This document shows positions 9,842-19,498 of a stretch of 64,000 nucleotides of DNA, piece by piece. The first letter of the stretch is position 1; every line of letters begins with the position of its first letter. Under the pieces are notes generated by a model. That model made no database searches. It had not been told where the DNA came from and was given only the letters and a program-made list of their open reading frames with translations. A program made the position numbers and the translations under genes. The DNA comes from an uncultured Acidobacteriota bacterium (GTDB lineage: Bacteria > Acidobacteriota > UBA6911 > RPQK01 > JAPXNP01), in the NCBI GenBank assembly GCA_963777605.1, contig CAVZRV010000006.1:64001-128000 (forward strand), read 5' to 3'.

Positions 9842-10867
9842 ATGAACCGTCTCAGCCTTCTGAAGTTCCTCTTCACCATCACATCAACGTTCGCTCTCTT
9901 CCGGCCGGTCTTCCCGGCGGTGATCGAGATGAAGAACGGCGACCGGATTTCAGGGACCGTCAAGGCCCTCGCTTCCGGAGAACTGACCGTCGAAACAGCT
10001 TACGCCGGCACTCTCGACATCAAGTGGGACCTGGTTCAGGGTTTCGCGTCAGACGAATCTGTTCTGGTGAAGTTCAGCCAGGGGAAGTCATTGGAAGGAC
10101 AGCTTCAACTCGATGCAAGCGGGGAGGTCGTCGTCCGGTCGCCCCAGCGCACGGAGACCTTTCCCCGGTCGCAATTGCACGAGTTCGGCCCTCCCCCCAG
10201 GGAAGAACACTACAAACCCTGGCAGGCCTGGCACGGAGACCTCAAGTTTGGTCTCAATTTGAGTCGCGGAAATACCGATATAAGCACGATTTCCTTCATT
10301 GCGGACCCTGCCCGGGTGACTCCCGAGGACCGGATAAGCATCCACTACGCATCCCTTCAGAGCCATGAAGACGGACGCCAGCTCGGCGCAGTCTACCGGC
10401 TCTCGGGTCGCTACGACCGGTTCTTCTCCGAGCGAAAGTTCGTCTTTGCGCAGGGGCGCTTTGAGCGCGACGGCAAGGCGACGCTCGACTACCGGTTTCG
10501 GGAGGGGGGTGGACTCGGCTACGACGTTCTCTCGCGGAGCGACGTCTCACTCGCATTGACGGGAGGCTTCTTTCTCTCCCAGGAGCGCTTCTACGAAGAG
10601 CCGATCAACCGCGGGGCAGAAGGTTCAGTGGGAATCGAGTTGGAGACTTCACTGCTCAATCCTGTGCACCTGACGTCGCGAGGTGAATTCAACCCGGTGG
10701 TTTCCGAGAACCGCTTTTTTGCGAACTGGTCAAGTGCCATCACCATGCCTCTTTTCGGCAACCTCCGGTTCGGATTCCAGTTCCTCGATTCCTACGACTC
10801 TTCTCCTGCCCAGGAAACCCGGAAGAATGACCTGCAGTTCCTCTCGACGCTGACCTGGGGATTCTAG
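9842..10867 (+). CDS. DUF481-like outer-membrane beta-barrel protein
   Basis: Signal peptide, MKNGDRISG N-terminal domain, SRGNTD, amphipathic strands and C-terminal TLTWGF. Confidence 0.8.
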   Translation: MNRLSLLKFLFTITSTFALFRPVFPAVIEMKNGDRISGTVKALASGELTVETAYAGTLDIKWDLVQGFASDESVLVKFSQGKSLEGQLQLDASGEVVVRSPQRTETFPRSQLHEFGPPPREEHYKPWQAWHGDLKFGLNLSRGNTDISTISFIADPARVTPEDRISIHYASLQSHEDGRQLGAVYRLSGRYDRFFSERKFVFAQGRFERDGKATLDYRFREGGGLGYDVLSRSDVSLALTGGFFLSQERFYEEPINRGAEGSVGIELETSLLNPVHLTSRGEFNPVVSENRFFANWSSAITMPLFGNLRFGFQFLDSYDSSPAQETRKNDLQFLSTLTWGF

Positions 10868-10948
10868 TGTCCGGTCACGCACCATATGACGTTTCCTAGC
10901 CCCGCGAACATGCCAGGACAAGGCGCAGTTGGCAGGGAATGGCACTAA

Positions 10949-11335
10949 CTAGGCTGGATCCTCAAGCTTGGTCTGGACGTCCGAAACCGAATAGGGCTTC
11001 ACTACCAGTTCATCGGCACCAGCCGCGCGGATCTCGTCCTCGGAGTACGGCACCGCGTCGGCGGTGATGGCCAGAATCTTTACAGGAGGCGGACAGAGGT
11101 GGCGAACCGCCTTCAGCAGATCCAGGGAATCCGCCCCGGGCACCATCATGTCAACAATTACGATATCGGGCTTAAGCTTCTCGAGAGAGGCCGCGAACCG
11201 GGCGTTGACCTCCATCCCGACCGCGTTGTAGCCGAGGCTCTGGAGGATGAACCGGAACGAGTAGATATTGTCCGTGCTCTCTTCGATAACGACAACAGTG
11301 CGCGACTCTTCCGATTTTGAAAGCTTTCCCATCAC
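10949..11335 (-). CDS. single-domain response regulator
   Basis: Acidic pocket VIEE, phospho-acceptor IVDMMVPG, AITAD, VKP. Confidence 0.88.
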   Translation of the reverse strand: MMGKLSKSEESRTVVVIEESTDNIYSFRFILQSLGYNAVGMEVNARFAASLEKLKPDIVIVDMMVPGADSLDLLKAVRHLCPPPVKILAITADAVPYSEDEIRAAGADELVVKPYSVSDVQTKLEDPA

Positions 11336-12783
11336 TCGGCCTTCAGTCTTTCTGCAAGTAGTTCATTGACCAGTTTCGGGTTTGCCTGCCCCCGGGTTTC
11401 ACGCATCACCTGCCCTACGAAGAACCCGATCAGCCCGACCTTCCCTTCCTGGAACTGTTTGACCTTGTCGGGGTTCACCGCCAGGATCCTATCGACGATT
11501 ACTTCGAGTTCACTGGAATTGCTGATCTGCTTAAGGCCAGACTCCTCGACAATTTCAACCGGGTCCCGACCCGTTTCGTACATTTTCACGAAAACATCTT
11601 TCGCGATCTTGCCAGTGATCTCACCCTTCTCAATCAACTCAACCAGGCATCCGAGATGAGCGGGAGGAACTGGACTGCTCACGATCTCCAGGCCATCCCG
11701 TTTCAAATCACGCGTCAGGTCCCCGAGAATCCAGTTGGCCACCTTGACGGGAGGACCCGAGCGGGTGGCTTCTTCGAAATAGTCGGCAGTCGATCGAGTC
11801 TGGGTCAGCAGGTCGGCCACTTCGGGCTCCAGATCATAGTCGGCAGCCAGGCGATCACGACGTTGATAAGGCATCTCGGGAATCGAGTTGCGCAGTTCTT
11901 CGAACCACTCCTCGCTGACGACCACCGGCAGGAGATCGGGTTCGGGAAAATAGCGGTAGTCGTGTGCTTCTTCCTTGCTCCTCATGCTAAACGTCGCCTG
12001 TTCGGCTTCGTCCCAGAGGCGGGTTTCCTGTACGACTCTCCCCCCTGAGGCGATCAGCGCTTTCTGGCGTTCGATTTCGTACTCGAGTGCCTTGCCCAGG
12101 AAGCGGATCGAATTCATGTTCTTGATCTCGGTCTTGGTCCCGAAGCGCTCTTCGCCGACGGGCCGAATCGATATGTTGGCGTCGCAGCGGAGACTTCCCT
12201 CCTCCATGTTCCCGTCGCAGACCTCAAGGTAGAGCAGCACCTGTCGGAGATAGCTCAGAAACTCCTGGGCCTCGCCCGGAGAGCGAAAATCCGCTTCAGT
12301 CACGATTTCAATAAGGGGTGTGCCGGTCCGATTAAGGTTGACCTGAGTCCAGTTCCCGGCCGTATGGATCGACTTTCCGGCATCGTCTTCCATGTGAATT
12401 CGGTTGATCCGAAACCGCTTCCGCCTTCTCTTTTGCCGGGCATCCTCTTCCGTATTCAAATGAAGTTCCAGGCTGCCGCCGCCGACCAGGGGTTCGTCGT
12501 ACTGGGAAATCTGGTACCCCTTCGGAAGGTCGGGATAGAAGTAGTTCTTGCGGGCAAATACCGACTTTCGGTTTATCTTGCAGCCGAGTGCGAGTCCCAT
12601 CCGGACGGCCATCCCGACCGCTTCGCGGTTGAGCACCGGGAGTGCCCCGGGGAGTCCCAGGCAGACCGGACAGGTGTTCGAATTGGGGTCGGCGCCGAAC
12701 TTGGTGCTGCACCCACAGAAGATCTTGCTCTGGGTCAGCAGTTGAGCATGGACCTCAAGGCCGATGACGGGTTCGAATTCCAT
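11332..12783 (-). CDS. gatB: Asp/Glu-tRNA amidotransferase subunit B
   Basis: VIGLEVHAQL, ARKNYFYPDLPKGYQISQ, EGSLRCDANIS, YRYFPEPDL. Confidence 0.98.
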   Translation of the reverse strand: MEFEPVIGLEVHAQLLTQSKIFCGCSTKFGADPNSNTCPVCLGLPGALPVLNREAVGMAVRMGLALGCKINRKSVFARKNYFYPDLPKGYQISQYDEPLVGGGSLELHLNTEEDARQKRRRKRFRINRIHMEDDAGKSIHTAGNWTQVNLNRTGTPLIEIVTEADFRSPGEAQEFLSYLRQVLLYLEVCDGNMEEGSLRCDANISIRPVGEERFGTKTEIKNMNSIRFLGKALEYEIERQKALIASGGRVVQETRLWDEAEQATFSMRSKEEAHDYRYFPEPDLLPVVVSEEWFEELRNSIPEMPYQRRDRLAADYDLEPEVADLLTQTRSTADYFEEATRSGPPVKVANWILGDLTRDLKRDGLEIVSSPVPPAHLGCLVELIEKGEITGKIAKDVFVKMYETGRDPVEIVEESGLKQISNSSELEVIVDRILAVNPDKVKQFQEGKVGLIGFFVGQVMRETRGQANPKLVNELLAERLKAE

Positions 12784-13720
12784 GTCGCTCCTTTGCCTCT
12801 TCAACTACCCGCAATGCCTCGGTCAGCGCCACAGGATCGTCTCCGGCACAATCCAACCAGGTCACATTCTCTTCTTTCCGAAACCAGGTGAGCTGGCGCT
12901 TCGCATAACGCCGCGTATCTCTCTGGGTCAACTCCACGGCCTCGTCCACCGTCAATTCACCCCGGATTGCCTGAAGTGCATGTCGATATCCAAGAGCCTC
13001 AAACCCCTTTGCAGACGGGGAATAGCCCCTTTCAAGCAACGCTCTGACCTCGTCGATCAGCCCCAGATGAAACATCTGCTCGACGCGGCGGTTGATTCTA
13101 TCATAGAGCCTCGCACGGGGGACATTCAGCCCAATCACCGACAGCGTAAACCCTATCAACGGTTCGATTTCCGCCTGTACCTCACTCATCTTTCGACCGG
13201 TCTGGATCATCACTTCGAGTGCCCGGACGATCCGAACCGAGTCCTGCGGCTGAAGGGAGCCGGCCAAGGCAGGATCTCTTCGGGACAGAATGCGATAAAG
13301 CGCCGCCAACCCTCCCCGCTTGACGATCCCCTCCAGCCGGTCCCGCAACTCGGGTGAGCGCCCCGGTCCCGTGAAGATTCCCTTCACCAGAGCCCTGAAG
13401 TAGAGTCCCGTCCCGCCAACAACAATCGGAACTTTTCCGAGAGCGACAATTTCGCGGCTCGTCGCCCGAGCCTGCGCCATGTAGGCACCGGCGCTGAAGT
13501 ACTCGTCGGGGTCCAGGACGTCAAAAAGGTGGTGGGGAACCTTCCGCCGATCCTCGGAACTGGGTTTCGCAGTCCCGATCTCGAGGTAGCGCACCATCTG
13601 CATGGAGTCACAATTGACGATTTCTCCGTCAACTCGAACCGCCAGGTCAAGCGCCAGAGTGCTCTTGCCCGACGCTGTGGGGCCCAGAATCGCAATCATC
13701 AGTGAGTCTGGCCTGGCCAT
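12755..13720 (-). CDS. miaA: tRNA dimethylallyltransferase
   Basis: GPTASGKS, DSMQ, IGTAKP, VGGTGLY, TRRYAKRQLTWF. Confidence 0.97.
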   Translation of the reverse strand: MARPDSLMIAILGPTASGKSTLALDLAVRVDGEIVNCDSMQMVRYLEIGTAKPSSEDRRKVPHHLFDVLDPDEYFSAGAYMAQARATSREIVALGKVPIVVGGTGLYFRALVKGIFTGPGRSPELRDRLEGIVKRGGLAALYRILSRRDPALAGSLQPQDSVRIVRALEVMIQTGRKMSEVQAEIEPLIGFTLSVIGLNVPRARLYDRINRRVEQMFHLGLIDEVRALLERGYSPSAKGFEALGYRHALQAIRGELTVDEAVELTQRDTRRYAKRQLTWFRKEENVTWLDCAGDDPVALTEALRVVEEAKERHGIRTRHRP

Positions 13721-13747
13721 AATCGTTTAACAACCACGCTGCTCACC

Positions 13748-13838
13748 TGGCCACGGGAGAGCTCAGTGCGAAGGATGATCTCAGGCGGTCAAACACTTCG
13801 TGGCCAACTCCAGGAGAGTCCCCCAGGATCAACCGCCC
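13748..13838 (-). other. candidate pseudoknotted RNA element between spoIID and miaA
   Basis: Two crossing helices: 13748-55 with 13799-806 (8 bp) and 13783-92 with 13829-38 (10 bp, G-U pairs only on the minus strand). Confidence 0.35.
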
Positions 13839-13863
13839 GATCCACACTCTCATGAAACCCGGG

Positions 13864-15111
13864 TCACCGGTACCAGCGCTTCAAGGCCACACCCTGGTAG
13901 TAGTGGTGCAGGATTTCGTCGTATTTCTTGCCGCTTTCCGCCATTTCAACCGCCCCAATCTGGCAGAGCCCGACCCCATGCCCCCACCCCCTTCCTTTGA
14001 CATGGATCTTCTCAATGTAGCCGTCCCGGTCCCGATTCAAGTCGAGGGAAAGCAGCCAGTTGCTCCTGAGCCCCAAGGCAAATCGAAGATCGTTTCCCTC
14101 GAGAACGGATTCCCGGCCATCCCCAAAAAATTTCATCCGGATCACCCGCCCTCGTGAACTGCGGGCGAGGATCTTCAGATCTTTCACTCTCCCGAATCCG
14201 GCATAGCGTGTGATCTCCGGTACCCGCGTCCGCAAGTCGATCCACTCGTCCCAGCTGTGGTACGGGCTCAATTCATCCGAGCAGGAGGCCCCTCCCCGCA
14301 AGTAATCGATGGGTCCTCCTTTAAAGATCACGTCGAAGCTCTCAGTCATTCCTCCACAGGTCGAACAGTAAAGCGAGACAATCGGCTTTCCCTGGTAGGA
14401 GGCAACCATTCCCCGGGTCTCCCACACTGCACGGTTGGAGAGTGCATCCTCGGAGTCGAATCCACCGTAGGCCTGAGAACGGGAATCGAGATACATGTCG
14501 AAGCCCTTTTCGGCATTTCGTCCAAGCGATTCCACCGCGAACGTGCGGGCAGCTACCGACTGTGCTTTGAGCGCTTCCAGTTCAGGATACTTCTTTGGGC
14601 CCAGTTCCCGGGGAACTACGCCCTGCAAGTACTCCTCCATCGGGAGATCATTGACCAGCGTAGGCCTTCCGATCGGGTTGACGAAGACGTCCACGACGCC
14701 GCGGTACTCCTTTCCAGCGATTCGGAGAACATCCTTTGCCGGAACGAGCCGGAAACCGCTTCCCTGCCCTAACGATTCGGGCAACCCGCCGGCCTGGCGC
14801 AACAGCTGGATTTCCGATCCTTTCGAAATCACCCGGAGCCGCGGAGCACGTTGGGAACCTTCGACCGTGACTTCGTCGAAATTCTCCGCCAAGAGGATAC
14901 GAACGCGCGGTTCTGCGGCCAGCCGTACCTGCCGACTGGTTCCGGGGGGTGTGGGCACGGTAACGCTTTTGGCCCTTTTACAGCCGGTCCCTTGGACCAG
15001 AATCAGGAGCAGGGCGCCGCATATCAACAGCTGCAAGCGCTGGCCAGAGGCCGGGGTATACTTCATCGCCTCCAAGTCTACGTGGTGACGGTGTCGATTT
15101 TTCCCGCTCAT
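13864..15111 (-). CDS. SpoIID/LytB-domain lipoprotein
   Basis: Lipobox-like VQGTGC; EEYLQGVVPRE, ALKAQSVAARTF, GRGWGHGVGLCQIGA. Confidence 0.93.
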   Translation of the reverse strand: MSGKNRHRHHVDLEAMKYTPASGQRLQLLICGALLLILVQGTGCKRAKSVTVPTPPGTSRQVRLAAEPRVRILLAENFDEVTVEGSQRAPRLRVISKGSEIQLLRQAGGLPESLGQGSGFRLVPAKDVLRIAGKEYRGVVDVFVNPIGRPTLVNDLPMEEYLQGVVPRELGPKKYPELEALKAQSVAARTFAVESLGRNAEKGFDMYLDSRSQAYGGFDSEDALSNRAVWETRGMVASYQGKPIVSLYCSTCGGMTESFDVIFKGGPIDYLRGGASCSDELSPYHSWDEWIDLRTRVPEITRYAGFGRVKDLKILARSSRGRVIRMKFFGDGRESVLEGNDLRFALGLRSNWLLSLDLNRDRDGYIEKIHVKGRGWGHGVGLCQIGAVEMAESGKKYDEILHHYYQGVALKRWYR

Positions 15112-16049
15112 AGCGGTCCACGACGGGAGGCGGTCAGCACGTCGAGTGCGGTCGCCAGGGCAGTCCGCCCCTCCTGGCCGGTGCAGAGCGTGTCGGAGTT
15201 CTCGCCGCGAATTGCGGAAACGAATGCGGCCAGCTCTTCCCTGAGGGGTTCAACATCACGGACTTCCGGACGTCTCTCGACGATGGCCCGGGCACCGTTT
15301 TCCTCGGCGAGCCCGAACATCTCGAGCGAACGGCTGTGAAAATCGAGCGATACGTATTCCTGGGCCTGGAAGAAACGAAACTTGCGAACTCGCTCCCTGC
15401 TTACGCGGCTTGCCGTGACGTTGGCCACCGATCCGTCCTGGAACTCGATCCGGGCGTTGGCAATGTCGATTCGCGGGGTCAGTACCGGAATTCCGACTGA
15501 TCGAATCTCGGCTACCGGCTGTCCCGTCAGCCAGAGGACCAGGTCCAAGTCGTGGATCATCAGGTCGAGCACGACGTCCACGTCGAGGCTGCGAGCTACG
15601 AAGACTCCGAGCCGGTGCGCCTCAAAAAAACGAGGCTTCCTGACATACGGCCGAACGGCCTGGAGAACCGGATTGAACCGTTCAATGTGTCCCACATAAA
15701 GGAGCCTTCCGGCCATATCGGCTTCCTGGATGAGCCGATCGGCGCTCGCCAGGTCGCCGGCGATCGGTTTCTCCACCAGGAGGTGGGCGCCCCTGCGAAC
15801 CACTTCGATGCCGAGCTCGGCGTGTGCCTCGGTCGGCACTGCAAGGCTCACGGCTTCGACCGTTTCCAACAGCTCCTCTGCGGAGCCGAAGGCCGGACAG
15901 CCCAATTTCTCCGCAACTTCCCGTGCCCTCTCCGGACGTCGATCGCAAACTCCCGCCAGCTCGACACCTTCCAGCTCCGAGTAAACCCGGGCGTGGTGCT
16001 GCCCCAGAGAACCGACGCCAATTACACCCACTTGAACATTCTTCATCAT
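15108..16049 (-). CDS. Gfo/Idh/MocA oxidoreductase, GnnA-like (UDP-GlcNAc 3-dehydrogenase candidate)
   Basis: GVGSLGQHH, VEKP, VGHIERFNP, DVVLDLMIHDLD, ANVTASRVS; directly downstream of lpxA-lpxI. Confidence 0.85.
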   Translation of the reverse strand: MMKNVQVGVIGVGSLGQHHARVYSELEGVELAGVCDRRPERAREVAEKLGCPAFGSAEELLETVEAVSLAVPTEAHAELGIEVVRRGAHLLVEKPIAGDLASADRLIQEADMAGRLLYVGHIERFNPVLQAVRPYVRKPRFFEAHRLGVFVARSLDVDVVLDLMIHDLDLVLWLTGQPVAEIRSVGIPVLTPRIDIANARIEFQDGSVANVTASRVSRERVRKFRFFQAQEYVSLDFHSRSLEMFGLAEENGARAIVERRPEVRDVEPLREELAAFVSAIRGENSDTLCTGQEGRTALATALDVLTASRRGPL

Positions 16050-16906
16050 GGAAATCCCACGACCGTCAACTTGAGGTCAGCTGCCCGCCTGAGGAAGGCG
16101 GGCTTGTCTATGAGCAAGGTCTTTCCGGCATCGAGTCCCAATGCCGACACATTGCACTCCGAGAGCACATCGAGGGTGCGGTCCCCCACGACCGGAACGT
16201 CGTACCGCATTTCCCGGTTCGGGCGGCTCGCCTTGACTACGGTCAGGCGTTCCCCCTTGACCATTTCGGCCGCCCGACGAATGGTAGCATCCGTGCCTTC
16301 CATGGCCTCCACCGCTACCACGGCCTGATCCTTTACCACGATCGTCTGCCCCACATCGAGCCGGGCAATTTCCTTCGCCACTTCCCTCCCGTAGGAAAGG
16401 TCGCGAGATTCAACTTCGTCAGGGGCCCTGGCGGTCAATACGCCTTCCCCGGCGAGCAGGTCCTGGAGGAAAAGTGTGGAGTCGATGATCTGCATTCCTT
16501 CTCCGGCCAGATCGTCGATGATTGCCTGAATCAGGGAACCGGTGTTTCTCTTCCGCAGGGAGGCCAGCAAGCGAATCATACGAAGGTCGGGGAGTTGCTT
16601 CAGCTGGTCGAACGGAGACCGGGAGCCCGGGGCGAAGATTCGGACGTGCTTGACTTGCCCGACCATTAGCACCGACTCAACACCGGCTCCCCGGAACGTC
16701 TTGATCAAACGACCGAGTTGCCCCACTCCCATCCAGTGAACCGACGAGCCCTTCGCCGCCCGGCCGACCTCCTCTTCGATTCCCGGGTCGGTTTCCTCCA
16801 TGATCGCGGCGACCGTGACGGGAATTCCCTGGCGGCCGGCTTCCCGAACCACTTCCAAAGGAAGCGGGCCATTGCCAGCGATCAAGCCCAGTCGTTCTGG
16901 CTTCAT
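16046..16906 (-). CDS. lpxI: UDP-2,3-diacylglucosamine diphosphatase LpxI (DUF1009)
   Basis: LGLIAGNG, LDVGQTIVV, AVEAMEGTDATIRRA, RYDVPVVG. Confidence 0.92.
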   Translation of the reverse strand: MKPERLGLIAGNGPLPLEVVREAGRQGIPVTVAAIMEETDPGIEEEVGRAAKGSSVHWMGVGQLGRLIKTFRGAGVESVLMVGQVKHVRIFAPGSRSPFDQLKQLPDLRMIRLLASLRKRNTGSLIQAIIDDLAGEGMQIIDSTLFLQDLLAGEGVLTARAPDEVESRDLSYGREVAKEIARLDVGQTIVVKDQAVVAVEAMEGTDATIRRAAEMVKGERLTVVKASRPNREMRYDVPVVGDRTLDVLSECNVSALGLDAGKTLLIDKPAFLRRAADLKLTVVGFP

Positions 16907-16921
16907 GAACGGGGTACCTCC

Positions 16922-17722
16922 TCAGCGAACGAAACCTCGCCGGGAGGCTTCCACGAAGTTCAGGAGGATCTCGACATCACTGGTCAGGTCGGGGGAATCC
17001 CGAAGCTCACGGACGGAAGCAGCCAGTCTTGGCCCTCGCCGGCAGATCAATCGATAGGCCGCCTGAAGCGCATCGATGCGCACCTTCGAGAAACCCTTTC
17101 TTTCCAACCCAACCGTGTTGACGCCGTAGGTCTTGGCGTCGTTGCGACTGCCTACCGTCTTGATGAACGGCAGGGCGTCCCGGGTGAGGACGCTGTACCC
17201 GCCGATGAAGGCATGCGACCCGACACTGCAGAACTGGTGAACGCCGGTGAATGCTCCAACGGTAGCGAAATCACCGACATCGACGTGTCCAGCGAGCGTG
17301 GCCGCGTTTTCCAGGATCGTATGATCGCCCACCACGCAGTCGTGGGCCACGTGCACGCCCGTCATGATCAGGTTGTGGTTGCCGATCCGGGTGTTGGACG
17401 TACCCGCCCCGGTTCCACGGTTCAGGGTGACGAACTCACGAATCCAGTTGTCGTCACCGATCGTCAGATAGGTCTCTTCGCCGCGAAATTTGAGGTCCTG
17501 GGGATCGGTTCCGATCGAGGCGTGGCCGGTAATCCGGTTCCTGGTTCCAATGATGGTCGGACCTTCGATCAGGGTCGAAGGGCCGACACGGGTACCGTCC
17601 CCGATCTGCACCTTCTCCCCGATTACGCAATGGGGTCCGATGACTACGCCCCGCCCAAGGACCGCATCGGGGGAGACAACAGCGCTCGGATGAATGACAG
17701 GTCCAGAAAGTTCCGCCGACAT
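16922..17722 (-). CDS. lpxA: acyl-ACP--UDP-GlcNAc acyltransferase
   Basis: Hexapeptide repeats, PQDLKF, IREFVTLNRGT, HVAHDC, GVHQF. Confidence 0.96.
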   Translation of the reverse strand: MSAELSGPVIHPSAVVSPDAVLGRGVVIGPHCVIGEKVQIGDGTRVGPSTLIEGPTIIGTRNRITGHASIGTDPQDLKFRGEETYLTIGDDNWIREFVTLNRGTGAGTSNTRIGNHNLIMTGVHVAHDCVVGDHTILENAATLAGHVDVGDFATVGAFTGVHQFCSVGSHAFIGGYSVLTRDALPFIKTVGSRNDAKTYGVNTVGLERKGFSKVRIDALQAAYRLICRRGPRLAASVRELRDSPDLTSDVEILLNFVEASRRGFVR

Positions 17723-17734
17723 TGATGTTTCAAA

Positions 17735-18202
17735 TCAGGACGCCATTGCGGCGTCTTTCTCCACCAGCGAGAACATCACCTCTGCCTCGGCAACTACGGC
17801 GCCATCGACATAGGCTTTGCCCTTCAACCGGCCAACCCGGGACTTGATCCGGATCACTTCCATTTCAAAACGAAGCTGGTCGCCGGGACGCACCGGCTTT
17901 CGGAACCGGGCATTTTCAATCCCTATGAAATAGACCAACTTGTTCTCCCGGTCAGCGAGCGTCTTGAAGACCAGCACCCCGCCAGCCTGAGCCATGGCCT
18001 CGACGATCAGGACACCGGGCATGATGGGCACTCCCGGAAAGTGCCCCGGGAAAAAAGGTTCGTTGATCGTGACATTCTTAAGCGCGACGATTCGCTCATT
18101 CGGCACGTACTCGATGATCCGGTCGATCATGAGAAACGGGTACCGATGGGGCAAATAATTCAGGACTTCCTGGATGCTCAGCACTTGGCCGGAATTCTCC
18201 AT
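17735..18202 (-). CDS. fabZ: 3-hydroxyacyl-ACP dehydratase
   Basis: [31 protein letters not shown]. Confidence 0.97.
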   Translation of the reverse strand: MENSGQVLSIQEVLNYLPHRYPFLMIDRIIEYVPNERIVALKNVTINEPFFPGHFPGVPIMPGVLIVEAMAQAGGVLVFKTLADRENKLVYFIGIENARFRKPVRPGDQLRFEMEVIRIKSRVGRLKGKAYVDGAVVAEAEVMFSLVEKDAAMAS

Positions 18203-18216
18203 ATGTCGGTCCTCCG

Positions 18217-18804
18217 TCAAGGATTCTGGGGTGCGGTGGCACCGCCCGAAGCCGGAGCGGATGCAGCGGCGGCGACCGGGTTCTTCTGGTCGTAGAGTTT
18301 AATAATATCCGCAGTAATGTCGAGGGCAGGCGAAAAGAAAGGAAGAGTCGGGGTCTCCATGAAGACCGCACCGTAGCCGTTGGTCTCAGCGTATTCCGCA
18401 ATTACAGCCTGGATTTTCTCGCTCATCCGGGTCAAAACTTCATTCCGGCGCCGGTTGATATCCATCTCGAGGTCCTCCTGGGCGCGGCGGACCGTCCGGT
18501 CCTTCTCCGTGATTGAGCGCTGCATTTCCGCTGCGGTATCCGGGTTCAACATTCTGGATTGACTGTCATATTGTCGGCGGAGTTCCTGCAACTTGGTCTG
18601 CTCGGCCTCAAGGGCTTGCTGCCGCTCGTTGACGTAGGCCTCCAGCGCGGTCAGTTCCTTCTTTCCCTCGGCCGTGCCCTGGAGGATTGCCGTTGTATTG
18701 ACAAAGGCAATCTTGGAACTCGCAGGTGCGGCGCCCTGTGTGGCGCCGCCGAACAAAAGTCCACCGGCGAGCATGCTCGTAACAGCGGTCAATATTACTT
18801 TCAT
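18217..18804 (-). CDS. skp: Skp/OmpH periplasmic chaperone (copy 2)
   Basis: Signal peptide, KIAFVN, long coiled coil, LDITADII. Confidence 0.9.
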   Translation of the reverse strand: MKVILTAVTSMLAGGLLFGGATQGAAPASSKIAFVNTTAILQGTAEGKKELTALEAYVNERQQALEAEQTKLQELRRQYDSQSRMLNPDTAAEMQRSITEKDRTVRRAQEDLEMDINRRRNEVLTRMSEKIQAVIAEYAETNGYGAVFMETPTLPFFSPALDITADIIKLYDQKNPVAAAASAPASGGATAPQNP

Positions 18805-18897
18805 ATCTATCTCCCCCTTCGGCAGGCATCCCAAGTCGTGGAACCGGCAACTACCCCGGAATGCCTGAGTTTCAATCGTTCCATTCTCGGCCCGGGG

Positions 18898-19467
18898 CTA
18901 CTGTTGCGGTTGAGGTGCAGGTTGAGCCGCCGTAGCGCCCTCGCTGGGATGCTTCTCATTGTAGAGGCGGATAATGTCCTGCGTCACGTCAAGGCTCGGA
19001 GAAACCCAAACCTGGGACTGGTCCCGCATAAAGACAACATCGAAAGAGTTGATCTTGGCGTACTCCTCAATCACTCCCTGCACTTTCTGGCTGATCACGC
19101 CGAGCAACTGTTCCTGCCGGTCGTTCAGATCGGTCTGGATGTCTTCCTGGAAACGGCGGATCTCCAACTGAAGCTGCTCGATGTCGCGCTGCATTTTGGC
19201 GGCGGCATCCGGGTTCAGTGTTCCCTGCTTGGTCTGATACTCCTGCTGCAGGTCAGCCAGGGCCTTGTTCTTGCCGTCGAATTCCTGCCGCTTCTGCGTC
19301 ATGTAGCGCTCAAGCTGCTCGACGCCCAATTTACCCTCGTTCGTTTGATAGAGGATTTCCTGACTGTTCACGAAACCGATTTTCCCTGCCTGGGCAAAAA
19401 GGGAGCCGGTTCCTGTCAACAACAGCAAGGCTCCTACCGTGGCAAGCAAAGACTTGTGATTTCCCAT
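18898..19467 (-). CDS. skp: Skp/OmpH periplasmic chaperone (copy 1)
   Basis: Signal peptide, KIGFVN, coiled coil, LDVTQDII. Confidence 0.9.
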   Translation of the reverse strand: MGNHKSLLATVGALLLLTGTGSLFAQAGKIGFVNSQEILYQTNEGKLGVEQLERYMTQKRQEFDGKNKALADLQQEYQTKQGTLNPDAAAKMQRDIEQLQLEIRRFQEDIQTDLNDRQEQLLGVISQKVQGVIEEYAKINSFDVVFMRDQSQVWVSPSLDVTQDIIRLYNEKHPSEGATAAQPAPQPQQ

Positions 19468-19498
19468 GTAATTCCTCAGCTCCTTCTCCATTCAACGG

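Noticed and set aside
13755-13825. Glycine riboswitch-like words (GGAGAG, CGAAG, CTCAGG) on the + strand
   Set aside because: They are antisense to both flanking genes, the expected helices are missing, and no glycine gene lies downstream.
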